Positions 17,841 through 27,108 of a stretch of DNA of 64,000 nt are shown here, piece by piece (the stretch's first letter is position 1; each line of letters opens with the position of its first letter). The DNA lies in the IMG/VR virus record IMGVR_UViG_2718218054_000003; one strand, 5' to 3'. A program made the translations under genes and the position numbers. Source of the DNA: a virus. Below the pieces are notes generated by a model. The model searched no databases. It had not been told where the DNA came from and was given only the letters and a program-made list of their open reading frames with translations.

Positions 17841-19292
17841 GTGAGCAACCGAGCAGGCCGACGCGCACCGAGCTGGTGGGCACGTCGGCGCGCGGAAAAG
17901 CTCCGGCTGCGTAAGCAGGCCGAACTCGACAAGCGCGAGCTCCAGCTCAAGGACATCGAGCTCGCCAAGGCGCATGACGCCTACGAGGAAGAGAAGGTCG
18001 CCCGCGCCGACGCCGCCAAGGAGTCGAAGGCCGCTGCCGCCCGTGCCGCTGTTCGAGCACGCTGGCGCGCATTCCGCAACCGAATCGCCGACGATCGACC
18101 GCTGCTCGCCGCCGTGGTTATGGCTGGCGTCTGCTTGGTCGTCGAATTTGTCGGGCAGCTCATGTTCTACGGCGACCTGAACTGGCCGACGGTGCTTCTT
18201 TTCATGCCGGTGCTGCTTTCGATGATCGTCACTGGCGCCACATGGACATTCGCGATCAACGCCGACTACCTGACCGGTAAGGGTCTTTCTGCGGCGGCTG
18301 ACATCCGCAAGATGTGGTACTGGTCCACCGCTGCGGCAATCATGAACGGCTACCACGGCGTCGTCCGTCTCCATGAGCTTTCCGTCGGCATCGTTCTCGG
18401 ATCCGCCTCTCTCGTCGGCCCGTACATCTGGCACCGCTACGTCACCCTGCAGAAAGTCGCGAAATCCGGGCGCACCGCCGACCAGATCCGCGCCGCACTC
18501 CTCCGGCGTCTTTTCCACCCATTCCTCTGGCGCCGGGCCGTCGACCTGTGGGCTGCAGCCGACGGGGCCATGACGGCATCGACGGCATGGCGCATCACCT
18601 GGGCTCAGGTGATGGGCGCCGCTCCTGGCACCCCGAGAGCGGGCGCGGTCACGCCGGCGCGCAACCAGTGGCTGTTCCGACTGGTGTTCGGGCGCGTCGT
18701 CAGCCCGCCGTCAGCTGCCGTGGTGAGCGCTCCTCCCGCGCGCTCACCACGGCACTCGGAGGCGCTCCAGAAGCGCGCCGAGGAGCGCTCCATCACGGGA
18801 GCGGCGGTGAGCGAGAGCGCTCAGGGAACGCTCGCGGACGCCACGATCACGGCGGGGATCGACTGCCTCATGCTCGATGTTGAGCAGTGGCTCAAGGGCG
18901 CATCCGACGCTCCTGCAACGGACGAAAAAGCCGCTCCTGAAGCGCTCACCGAAGTGCATCAGGCCAGTTCAGGTGCTGTGAGCGGTGCGGATGAGCGGCA
19001 TTTGGAGAGCGCGTCCGACGTCCGCGACGAGGAGCGCTCTTCGGTGAGCGCCGCTCACCCGGAGGCGAGCGCTCCCCGCTCGTCGAGGAGCGCTCGCCAT
19101 GTGCGGCGGAGCGCGCGCCACGCTCGCCAGGACTTCACTGCGTTGGTGACCGCGTACTTCGAGAAGCGGTTGGCTGCGGGTGCTCGCGCAGACGAGATCA
19201 CCGGGCCGGAAGCAGCGCAGGCGACGGGGGCGTCGGAGCAGCATGCGCGCAAGGTGCTCGCCAAGCTCCGGAAGAAGCAGGACGAGCGATGA
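17841..19292 (+). CDS. Spd/DUF2637-like membrane protein with C-terminal HTH
   Basis: About 4 TM helices, low-complexity linker, C-terminal ITGPEAAQATGASEQHARKVL; upstream of TraB. Confidence 0.6.
   Translation: MSNRAGRRAPSWWARRRAEKLRLRKQAELDKRELQLKDIELAKAHDAYEEEKVARADAAKESKAAAARAAVRARWRAFRNRIADDRPLLAAVVMAGVCLVVEFVGQLMFYGDLNWPTVLLFMPVLLSMIVTGATWTFAINADYLTGKGLSAAADIRKMWYWSTAAAIMNGYHGVVRLHELSVGIVLGSASLVGPYIWHRYVTLQKVAKSGRTADQIRAALLRRLFHPFLWRRAVDLWAAADGAMTASTAWRITWAQVMGAAPGTPRAGAVTPARNQWLFRLVFGRVVSPPSAAVVSAPPARSPRHSEALQKRAEERSITGAAVSESAQGTLADATITAGIDCLMLDVEQWLKGASDAPATDEKAAPEALTEVHQASSGAVSGADERHLESASDVRDEERSSVSAAHPEASAPRSSRSARHVRRSARHARQDFTALVTAYFEKRLAAGARADEITGPEAAQATGASEQHARKVLAKLRKKQDER
18725..19095. 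repeat. Intragenic cluster of the palindromic octamer GAGCGCTC
   Basis: Perfect copies at 18725, 18783, 18815, 19032, 19067, 19088 plus many half-sites. Confidence 0.8.
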
Positions 19293-19522
19293 AAACGGAA
19301 CGGACAGGTTCCGCAAAGCCGGACAGGACCGCCCAGCACTGGGCTGGCCGATACGCGTCCGCCACCACGCCCGCGGCACAAGCGGCCGTCGAGTGGGACC
19401 GAGCGCGGGCCGCGGTGAGGGACCTGCCGGAGCAACAGCAGAAGCAGGCGTGGCGCGAGCTGGCAGCCAAGCTGCGGGACATCGCGCTCGGTATCGAGGC
19501 GGGACCCCGTGACTCGCGGTGA
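19289..19522 (+). CDS. Small helical hypothetical protein (transfer module)
   Basis: ATGA coupling. Confidence 0.6.
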   Translation: MKTERTGSAKPDRTAQHWAGRYASATTPAAQAAVEWDRARAAVRDLPEQQQKQAWRELAAKLRDIALGIEAGPRDSR

Positions 19523-19651
19523 TGTTCACGGTGAATTTCACGCCCGGCGGACGGGGCGGGGGAGGGCACACCGCGCGCGAGCGCGCCCGCGCGCACGAGA
19601 CCGCAGGGTAACGACCAACACGGAACGTAGTCAAGGAAGGAGAGCGACAAC

Positions 19652-20158
19652 ATGACCGGCACGTGGACCTGGATGAGCGGCGTCACCGGAGCCGTCGGCG
19701 CGATCGCCCTGCTCGTGGCCCTGCTGATGTGGACGGTCGGCGGCCAGATGTGGAGGACGGTCGTACTCGGCCTCACCATCACCGGAGTCGCCGGCATCAT
19801 GGCCACGCCCATCGGACGCTGGCTGCGTTCCCTCGTTGAGTGGCTCGTCAGGCTGTCGACGCCGGTCGGGAAGTACACCGGCGTCGCCTTGATCATCCTG
19901 ATCGCCGTGGCTCTGGCGCTCGTGGTGATCCTCAACGTGTTCGGACAGTTCAGCGGTAAGAACCCCCTCGCCACAGTCCTGTCGAAGCTGGGCGTGAACT
20001 CGGGTAATGGCATCACCGGCCGCACCTTGATCTGCGGCGGAGCTCTCTCGATCACCGCAGGTGTCGTGCCCGGAACAGTGGGAATGGTGCTGACGTGGGT
20101 GCTCGGTGGCGTCGTCCAACTCTTCGCCTGGCTGATCATGGCCGGTTTCGGCCTGTAA
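19652..20158 (+). CDS. Multi-pass membrane protein (transfer module)
   Basis: AAGGAG RBS; 4-5 hydrophobic segments. Confidence 0.75.
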   Translation: MTGTWTWMSGVTGAVGAIALLVALLMWTVGGQMWRTVVLGLTITGVAGIMATPIGRWLRSLVEWLVRLSTPVGKYTGVALIILIAVALALVVILNVFGQFSGKNPLATVLSKLGVNSGNGITGRTLICGGALSITAGVVPGTVGMVLTWVLGGVVQLFAWLIMAGFGL

Positions 20159-20170
20159 TCGGGAGCAACA

Positions 20171-21157
20171 ATGGGATGGCTACTGATCATCTTCGTGATA
20201 GCGCTTTGGTACGCGGTCACGAAGTCCCCGGCGCGTGCTTGGAGCGCGTGGCAGAAGCGCCGTGTGGAGAAAGCCGAGTACAAGGCGCACAAGTCACAGC
20301 TTGTCACCGAAGCGCTCGACAGCGGCCAGGCGCCGGGCCTTGCGCGTGCTGCGGCAAAGGCGGGTGCCAAAGCGGCTGTCACCGTCACGTCGTGGGAAGC
20401 GGTGTGGATCGCTTTCAGAGACGGCTGGCGCGAGAACTGGGCACGTGGAAAGCATCGCGGCGAGACCCTGCGGATGGGTACCGCCGAGCGCCACGTTGAG
20501 GAAGAAGCGCAGATGTGGCCAAACCAGGCGGCCTTCTGCGAGGTGCATCTCGCGCGCACCGCAGCCGATTTCAACAACCTCTGGGAAGCCGGAATGTGCG
20601 CGGAGGAGGTTGATTACGAGGAGTGCCCGGCCGGGCATCTCATTCCGGTCTTCTGCAAGAAAAACCCGTGCCCGGAGCACCTGAGGATTGCTCACAGCGA
20701 GATCGTGCGGGAAGCAAAGGAGCGTGAAGCGAAGGAGCTTGAAGCCCAAGCTGATGACAGTGCTGAACAAGGCAACTCACACCAACACCAGAACAGCAAG
20801 GAGAACCCGGACATGATCGACACCCGCACCGGCGGCGAGGTGCTCACCAAGGAGCAGTACAAGACCGAGATCGAGGCGGTGATTCGCGAGGCCACCGCTG
20901 AGTTGGAGGACGCCCAGGGCGACATCAAGCGCGCGCAGGAGGACGTGGCGCGTGTGGAGACCATGGCGGCCTCGCTGGTCAGCGCCCAGATCGACACGGA
21001 GACCGTCGCCGCCACCCGCAAGCTCGTGGACACGAACCCCGACCGGATGCGGCTCGCGCGCGATCGAATCGCCGCGGCCGAGGGGCGGAAGGCTGCGGCG
21101 GAGGAGTGCCTCAACAAGCTGAACGCCTCCGCGCAGAACAACTTCTACGCAGCCTGA
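20171..21157 (+). CDS. Membrane-anchored coiled-coil protein (transfer module)
   Basis: N-terminal TM; helical C-terminus. Confidence 0.7.
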   Translation: MGWLLIIFVIALWYAVTKSPARAWSAWQKRRVEKAEYKAHKSQLVTEALDSGQAPGLARAAAKAGAKAAVTVTSWEAVWIAFRDGWRENWARGKHRGETLRMGTAERHVEEEAQMWPNQAAFCEVHLARTAADFNNLWEAGMCAEEVDYEECPAGHLIPVFCKKNPCPEHLRIAHSEIVREAKEREAKELEAQADDSAEQGNSHQHQNSKENPDMIDTRTGGEVLTKEQYKTEIEAVIREATAELEDAQGDIKRAQEDVARVETMAASLVSAQIDTETVAATRKLVDTNPDRMRLARDRIAAAEGRKAAAEECLNKLNASAQNNFYAA

Positions 21158-21241
21158 GGCACTGAGCGTGCTGGCAGCCCATCGGCCTTCTTCAGGTCGG
21201 TGGGCTGCCAGGACACCTCAGCACCTAGGACGGAGCCGACC

Positions 21242-21463
21242 ATGTTGCGACACCGCCTCAGCACCGACGAGCGCGTCAACGCTGCCCTCGACGTCATCGA
21301 GAGCGACCTCAAGACGGCCCTCGCGACGACCGCTGCGCAGCTCAACGACCTCCTGCTGACCAAGCCGGACGACACCGAACACGTGCACATGCAGCTGCAG
21401 CGGGTGCACGCGGCGATGGAGCAGATCGACAGCAATCACCGGCGCTACCTGACTCGCGCCTGA
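21242..21463 (+). CDS. Small coiled-coil protein (transfer module)
   Basis: GGAG RBS before ATG 21242. Confidence 0.55.
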   Translation: MLRHRLSTDERVNAALDVIESDLKTALATTAAQLNDLLLTKPDDTEHVHMQLQRVHAAMEQIDSNHRRYLTRA

Positions 21464-21496
21464 TCACCAGCACGAACCCGTTCAGAAAGGACCGCT

Positions 21497-23584
21497 GTGA
21501 ACCCGGATCGCGTGCCACCGACTGCCGCGACCCACTACGTGCGGCCCAACTACTCCCAGCTCCGCAAGGAGATGAAGCGCGCCGGGTGGAGCCGCAAGCG
21601 GCGCGCAGCGGCATGGGTGGGCCGCAACGCTGTACGCGGTGCGCGGGCTGGCATCCGCACCGGCTACCGGCACCGATCCCGACTCTGGCCCATCATCGCC
21701 GCCAGCGGCATGTTCGCCGCCTCCGCAGGCCTCAGCTTCGCCGAGGACGGCTGGAAGACCGCGCTCGTGCTCAGCGTGATCGCCGGCGTGGTCCTCGGCT
21801 GGAACCAGTACTGGGCATGGCGCGCGTTCGAGGAGTGGATGCTGCGCTCGCTGGTGGTCTCGTGGATCGTCTGGGCAGCGGCGACGACCTGGACCGTGAC
21901 CGCCTCCGCCATCAGCCCGTTCACGACCCCGATGCCCGGTCTGCTGCTCACCGCGGCACTCGGCCTCGAGGCATGGTGGGTGATCCACCGGCACATCCGC
22001 GACACCCAGCACGCGGTAGAGACCGTCGAGGAGGAGCTGCCCAACCGGATCCTCGACCAGCGCGTCGAGGCCTGGATGACGAACATCGCGTGCGAGGGCG
22101 GTGCGCTGCCCGGCTCGATGTTGGTCGGCGTCGACGACCTGCGGGACGACGAGGGCATGCCCACCGGCCGCGGCTGGGAGGCGCTCATCCAGCTGCCGCT
22201 CACCGACGCCCAGAACAGCGAGTCCGCAGTGGCCGCCGCGCGCCGCATCGCGAAGGTCTACCGGGTGCCAGCGTCCCAGGTCGTCGTCGAGCCGCCCCTT
22301 GACGGCATGGAGGACGTCGCACGGCTGCTCGTGCTCACCGACAACCCGCTGATGAAGCCGCGCACGTTCGAGGGCCCGACGCTCAACGACACGACCGGCG
22401 AGTTCGAGATCGGTGTCCACGCTGACCGCACCTCGGCGCTGTGGCGGCTCTGGACACCAGGCTCCGGCGTCAACCACGGCATGGTCGCCGGCACCACCGG
22501 CGCAGGCAAGTCCGGCCTGCTCATGAACCTGTGCGCGGAGATCCGCCACAGCGGACGCGCGCTGCTCCTTCTCGCCGACCCGGAAGGCGGCGAGTCCGTC
22601 CGGGACTGGCAGCTCGGCGCGCACTGCTTCGCCGGCACGCTACCCAGGATCCGGCGGATGCTGCAGGGCGCCGAACGGATCATGAACGCGCGGAAGCGCC
22701 GTCGCTCGAAGGAGACGTGGGTCGACGAGCACGGCCGCACCCGTCGCGGGCGGGGGTACTTCACGCCGACACCCGAGGACCCCGCGGTGTACTGCGTGAT
22801 CGACGAGGCGCCCGACGTGCTCGCCGACCCCGAGTGCCGGCGGATCATCGCCGCGATCGGCAAGAAGGGCCGCAAGCACGGCGTCGCCGTGATCATCTTC
22901 GTGCAGATCCCGTCGCTCAGCGAGCTCGGCGGCGACCTCGCCGTCCGCTCGATGCTGTCCTCGACCAACATCGTCATCTTCCGTACCTCCGACTCGCTGT
23001 CCGCGCAGATGGGCGTGCCGATGCAGCTGCCCATCGACCCCGCCAGCTTGCCCGCGGTCTTCCCCGACGGCTCCAGCACCGCAGGCCTCGGCTACCGGGC
23101 GAGCGCTGGCGGCCGGGTCTCGCCGATGCGGGCCGCGTGGCAGGAGGACCCGTACGTGTGGGCCACGACCGGCGACCCGGCCCCGATCCCGGCCGCCGAC
23201 CACGCGGCGATGGCCGACGAGCAGGGCAACCTGTTCGACAACTGGCGCGAGCTGCTCGACGTCGACGAGGACGACGAGGCAGAAGCCCGCGAGACGATCG
23301 CCGCGAACCTCGCGGACTCCGGGGTGCAGGTGCCGCCGAAGACCAACGAGCGGATCCTGGCGTTCCTGGTGGCTCGCCGGAGCCTGGGCCAGCAGGCTGT
23401 GCGGCTCGGCGTCATCGCGGACAAGCTCGACCTCTCCAAGCCTGCAGTGTCGATGGCGGTCAAGCGGATGTGCGCGAAGACGCCGCCGCTGGTCAAGGAC
23501 ATGGGGCACGGGCTGTGGGGACTCAGCGAACATGTTGACGTAGTCGACGGCGAGCTGGTCGGCACGGCGGCGGGCGTCGCCTAG
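21497..23584 (+). CDS. traB: FtsK/SpoIIIE-family conjugative DNA translocase (TraB-like)
   Basis: N-terminal TMs, Walker A GTTGAGKS, Walker B CVIDEA, GRKHGV arginine finger, C-terminal wHTH. Confidence 0.85.
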   Translation: MNPDRVPPTAATHYVRPNYSQLRKEMKRAGWSRKRRAAAWVGRNAVRGARAGIRTGYRHRSRLWPIIAASGMFAASAGLSFAEDGWKTALVLSVIAGVVLGWNQYWAWRAFEEWMLRSLVVSWIVWAAATTWTVTASAISPFTTPMPGLLLTAALGLEAWWVIHRHIRDTQHAVETVEEELPNRILDQRVEAWMTNIACEGGALPGSMLVGVDDLRDDEGMPTGRGWEALIQLPLTDAQNSESAVAAARRIAKVYRVPASQVVVEPPLDGMEDVARLLVLTDNPLMKPRTFEGPTLNDTTGEFEIGVHADRTSALWRLWTPGSGVNHGMVAGTTGAGKSGLLMNLCAEIRHSGRALLLLADPEGGESVRDWQLGAHCFAGTLPRIRRMLQGAERIMNARKRRRSKETWVDEHGRTRRGRGYFTPTPEDPAVYCVIDEAPDVLADPECRRIIAAIGKKGRKHGVAVIIFVQIPSLSELGGDLAVRSMLSSTNIVIFRTSDSLSAQMGVPMQLPIDPASLPAVFPDGSSTAGLGYRASAGGRVSPMRAAWQEDPYVWATTGDPAPIPAADHAAMADEQGNLFDNWRELLDVDEDDEAEARETIAANLADSGVQVPPKTNERILAFLVARRSLGQQAVRLGVIADKLDLSKPAVSMAVKRMCAKTPPLVKDMGHGLWGLSEHVDVVDGELVGTAAGVA

Positions 23585-23607
23585 CAGCGCCTGCGACGCT
23601 TCACGGG

Positions 23608-23638
23608 CCTGCCCCTGCCGGTAACGGTCAGGGGCAGG
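23608..23638 (+). terminator. Hairpin after traB
   Basis: CCTGCCCCTG/CAGGGGCAGG stem, GTAA tetraloop. Confidence 0.55.
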
Positions 23639-23683
23639 TCAACGACTACTTGGGGTGCACCGCCGACCACAGTAGGAGACCAC

Positions 23684-24145
23684 GTGAAGCCCATCGTGCT
23701 CGCTGCCGCAGCCATACTCGCTCTCGCCGGCTGCTCCAGCAGCTCGACCAGCACGCTCACTGCCGAGCAGGTCACGCAGAAGCTCACCGAGCGGATCCCA
23801 ACCGTCTCGCTCACCAAGGCGTACACCGCGGAGGACGACCCGAACAAGCTCCTCGGCCGGCCCAACATGTACACGTCGAAGGTCGCGTTCGCGGACTCGC
23901 GCGTGCCAGCCGAGGGACTGCCGGACGACAAGACCCAGGTTGAGCACGGCGGTGGCGTCGAGGTCTTCCCGGACGAGGCTGGCGCGACCGCGCGCATGAA
24001 GCAGATCCAGGAGATTTCGAAGAACCTGGGCGGCATGATCTCCGAGTACGACTACGTCCGGGGCGGCGTGCTGGTGCGGGTCTCGAGCAAGCTGACGCCG
24101 GACCAGGCCAAGGAGTACGAAAGCGCGCTAGCCGCGATCCAGTAG
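23684..24145 (+). CDS. Lipoprotein
   Basis: Signal peptide with LAGC lipobox. Confidence 0.85.
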   Translation: MKPIVLAAAAILALAGCSSSSTSTLTAEQVTQKLTERIPTVSLTKAYTAEDDPNKLLGRPNMYTSKVAFADSRVPAEGLPDDKTQVEHGGGVEVFPDEAGATARMKQIQEISKNLGGMISEYDYVRGGVLVRVSSKLTPDQAKEYESALAAIQ

Positions 24146-24170
24146 CTGCGCTGCTGGCAAGATTCGCGCC

Positions 24171-24389
24171 GTGACGAACAAGTGGGAGCTGGTGGACGCG
24201 CTGCCCGGCGAGCTCGACGAGACGAAGGCCGTCGTGTGGCGCCAAGTCGAGCAGGAGAACGTGCTGCAGCTCGGCGGCAGGCACCTGGTGTTCGGCGACG
24301 AGGTCTGGCAGCAGCGAGACGATGGCCGGTGGCAGCGCAGCGCCATGACGCTGGCCGACCTGGTGCCCCCGGGATGGGAGCGCGTGTAG
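24171..24389 (+). CDS. Small Trp-rich protein, paralog of 27679-27951
   Basis: Shared W..V..LP..LD, LGG..LV..D.VW.Q, W.RS pattern. Confidence 0.6.
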   Translation: MTNKWELVDALPGELDETKAVVWRQVEQENVLQLGGRHLVFGDEVWQQRDDGRWQRSAMTLADLVPPGWERV

Positions 24390-24402
24390 CAGCGGGACAG
24401 CA

Positions 24403-24435
24403 AGCGGCCCCGGACCACATCGGTCCGGGGCCGCT
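24403..24435. terminator. Hairpin between convergent genes
   Basis: Perfect 14-bp stem AGCGGCCCCGGACC/GGTCCGGGGCCGCT. Confidence 0.75.
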
Positions 24436-24450
24436 GTAGCGCCGGCGGTT

Positions 24451-25062
24451 CTACTTGCCCAGCGAGTCGTACGAGGACAGTGGCGGCACACCGACCGGCG
24501 TGAACACGAACGCGAGCGACGACGAGTCGCGCGAGACGACCGTGAGGTCGTAGTAGGGCCGGACCGGGATGGTGGTCCGCGTCTGGGTGATCGCCGACAG
24601 CTTGGGCAGCGCGTCACGGCGGAACGCTTCGAGCGTGTCCGATTCCAGCTGGTGCAGCGAGGTCCCGACGCCGCCGAGCAGGCGAGCCGGGGTTTGGAAC
24701 GATCCTCCGGACCCGGTCACGTGAACGGTGACGGCGCGGACCTTGCTGAGCTTGTTGCTCTCGGGGAGGACGTAGACCTCGATGGTCGGGGTGGTCCGGC
24801 CGCCGAAGACGCCGTTGCGCATGCCGTCTGGCAGTGGTTCGGCGCCGTCCTGAAGCATCGGCAGCTGCAGGTTCAGCGCGGTCAGCACGTCGTTGGCGGA
24901 CGCGTTGAACGTGGCGGTGGCCGCCGTGGTGGTGGTTGTCGGCGCGGTCGTCGTCGTGGTGGTGACCGCGCTGGACGAGGTGGGTGTGGCTTGCTGGCCT
25001 TGGGCTCCGCACGCGGTGACGCCCAGCAGGACGCAGGCGGCGAGGAACGATCTGTGTGGCAC
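24451..25062 (-). CDS. Lipoprotein with Thr-rich linker
   Basis: VTAC lipobox; poly-Thr linker. Confidence 0.8.
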   Translation of the reverse strand: MPHRSFLAACVLLGVTACGAQGQQATPTSSSAVTTTTTTAPTTTTTAATATFNASANDVLTALNLQLPMLQDGAEPLPDGMRNGVFGGRTTPTIEVYVLPESNKLSKVRAVTVHVTGSGGSFQTPARLLGGVGTSLHQLESDTLEAFRRDALPKLSAITQTRTTIPVRPYYDLTVVSRDSSSLAFVFTPVGVPPLSSYDSLGK

Positions 25063-25118
25063 GGGCGGCTCCGCTTGGTCGATGGCTACCGGCCCTGTCG
25101 CATCGTCGTGGACGGGCG

Positions 25119-25352
25119 TTACTGCGGTCGCCAGTCGTCGCGGTAGCCGGGCTGGTCGGCGTAGACCGAGCCGAGCGCCAGCAGGACGCGACGGGTGAGC
25201 TGGCCGGCCGACGAGGTGGCGTGCAGGTGCGGGGCGAGCACGTCGAGGATCGCGGCGTGACCGCGGCCGAGCCGGGTGTCGTCGAGTTGGTCGCGCAGCC
25301 AGGCAGCGAGGGCGTCGAGATCGTCGCTGTCCAGCCGGACCACGACCGGCAT
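25119..25352 (-). CDS. Short DUF6221-like protein
   Basis: C-terminal LGSVYADQPGYRDDWRP. Confidence 0.55.
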   Translation of the reverse strand: MPVVVRLDSDDLDALAAWLRDQLDDTRLGRGHAAILDVLAPHLHATSSAGQLTRRVLLALGSVYADQPGYRDDWRPQ

Positions 25353-25675
25353 CAGCGGGTCTCCGCGTCGGCGGGCTCGTGCGGGTGGGCGTCGAGCACG
25401 GGGTGCCCGCACGCTGGTGGCGGGGGCTGGACACCGAGGGCTGCAGGCTCGCCGGGCAGCAGAGGGATCGGCGCAGGGCCGACGCACCAGCTGGCGTACT
25501 GCGGGGTTTCGCGGTCGCAGGCCAGACAGACGTAGCCGCGGAGCTGGTGGCACACGTTCCAGGTGATCAGCATCCGGCCTAGTCGGTTGCCGCGCAGGTC
25601 GTGCGGCTTGTACGGGCGGACGCACCGATCTGGTGGGATCTCGCGCAGGCGCTGTCCGGGGCGTTCGTACCGCAT
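25352..25675 (-). CDS. Hypothetical Cys-containing protein
   Basis: Coupled to next gene; start uncertain. Confidence 0.45.
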   Translation of the reverse strand: MRYERPGQRLREIPPDRCVRPYKPHDLRGNRLGRMLITWNVCHQLRGYVCLACDRETPQYASWCVGPAPIPLLPGEPAALGVQPPPPACGHPVLDAHPHEPADAETR

Positions 25676-25850
25676 GGTGCCGATGATGGGGACCTGGGCG
25701 GCGACCATGCTGCTGCTGGCGTCGTTCCCGATGTCCACCTCGGCCTCCAAGACGGCGGTGCTGGGGGATGCGGGAATCGTAAGCGCGGGCCGGCCGGACC
25801 GCAGGCGGTCCCCGAACCGGGCTGGTTCGGGGACCGCAGTGGCGGAGACG

Positions 25851-26051
25851 TCAGCGGGTCTGGATCTTGTAGGCCAGGTCGACGACGTCCTGCGCGGAGT
25901 GGTCGGACAGTCGACCCGGAAGGGCCTTGAGCAGCTCGGGGAGGATCTCCTCAGCCTCTTCCTCGTCGTAGGTGGCCACGAGGTTGGCGCGGAGCTCGTG
26001 CTCGTCCTCGAAGAACGGCTCCTCGTCCTCGAAGGTGTGCGCGTCGGTCAT
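25851..26051 (-). CDS. Small acidic protein
   Basis: GGAGG RBS. Confidence 0.65.
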   Translation of the reverse strand: MTDAHTFEDEEPFFEDEHELRANLVATYDEEEAEEILPELLKALPGRLSDHSAQDVVDLAYKIQTR

Positions 26052-26133
26052 CTTGTCCTCCGGTGGTGGTTGGTCGTTCCCGTGGCACTGGCTCTGGCGT
26101 GGCCCGGAGCCAGTGCCGTTCTGGGGGCTTGAG

Positions 26134-26538
26134 CTACGCGTGGGCGCGGACCACGCGGGGCAGGTCCTTGTGCAGGTGCTGCACCTCGGTCGTGATGCCC
26201 AGCTGCTCCAACGCCAGGCCGAGGCCTTCGCCGATCGCGACCGCCCGGTGCTTGCCACCGGCGCAGCCCACGTGCACCACCACCTGCGGCACCAGTGCGG
26301 TCAGCTCCAGCACCAACTGGGCGGTCGTGGCGGTGAGGGTGGGCGCGCCGGCGGTGGCGTAGACGAAGCGGCGGACCAGGTCGTCCTGGCCAGTGAGGTC
26401 GCGCAGTTCCTGCGGCAGGACGCGCGCGGGGTCCTTCAGCAGGCGCTGCAGGTCGAGTTCGACGTCGGCGGGTGGGGTGTCGGCGGGTCGGGTGTGGAGG
26501 TAGCCATGGGTGACGATGAGTACCTGGCGCGTGGGCAT
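26134..26538 (-). CDS. Stand-alone RapZ C-terminal-domain-like protein
   Basis: THGYLH..PP.AD..LD...DP, LTGQD, HVGCAGGKHRAVA, V.H motifs. Confidence 0.75.
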   Translation of the reverse strand: MPTRQVLIVTHGYLHTRPADTPPADVELDLQRLLKDPARVLPQELRDLTGQDDLVRRFVYATAGAPTLTATTAQLVLELTALVPQVVVHVGCAGGKHRAVAIGEGLGLALEQLGITTEVQHLHKDLPRVVRAHA

Positions 26539-26689
26539 CGGTCGGCCTTCCGGTCGGGGTTCAGCTGGCGGTTGCATCGATCGGAGATGAAAGGGTTCGT
26601 CGTGTGGTGTGGGGCCCTGCTGTCGGGTGTGTTGGCCGTCGTGGCCCACGACGACGGAGGGCGGCCCCTCGTGGGGGCCGCCGCGGCGG

Positions 26690-26968
26690 TCACTCGCCGA
26701 AAAACTCGCCCTCGAAGACCAGGAAGTCCTTGCGCTCGCCGCCGACCGGGATCGCGGCCTCCATGACCTCGGAGTCGTTGCGGCTGCGGTCCGAGCTGGG
26801 CAGCAGGTGCACGAACCCGGTCTTGGTCATCTCCAGGATCGTCGCGTCGACGACCTCGCGGGGGAGGTCGAGCTGCTCGCGCAGGTCGAGCAGAGCGACG
26901 GGGAGCTGCATGACGTCCTTGGCGAGGTCGAGGTAAGTGGCGGCGATGAGGGCGGCGGTCGAGTTCAT
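26690..26968 (-). CDS. Small winged-helix-like protein
   Basis: GGAGG RBS; V.L..LR..L.LPR..VD..I pattern. Confidence 0.6.
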   Translation of the reverse strand: MNSTAALIAATYLDLAKDVMQLPVALLDLREQLDLPREVVDATILEMTKTGFVHLLPSSDRSRNDSEVMEAAIPVGGERKDFLVFEGEFFGE

Positions 26969-26995
26969 GGTGTCCTCCGGGGCTCGTGGTAAGAC

Positions 26996-27103
26996 CATCA
27001 TGCTCGACGGTCGAGCGTTATACAAGCCTCAGGGAGGAGCGCCACTCGAACGGCGCAACCTTGAGTCGAAGCCTTGTCGCTTGCTCGACCGTCGAGCATG
27101 ATG
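26996..27103. promoter_or_regulatory. Mirror-image divergent promoters with palindromic operators
   Basis: 21-bp inverted repeat CATCATGCTCGACGGTCGAGC (26996-27016) / GCTCGACCGTCGAGCATGATG (27083-27103); TTGTCG-N17-CATGAT (+), TTGTAT-N17-CATGAT (-). Confidence 0.75.
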
Positions 27104-27108
27104 ACTGC

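Noticed and set aside
24945-24965. GTG/GTC triplet runs
   Set aside because: Encode the poly-Thr linker of the lipoprotein
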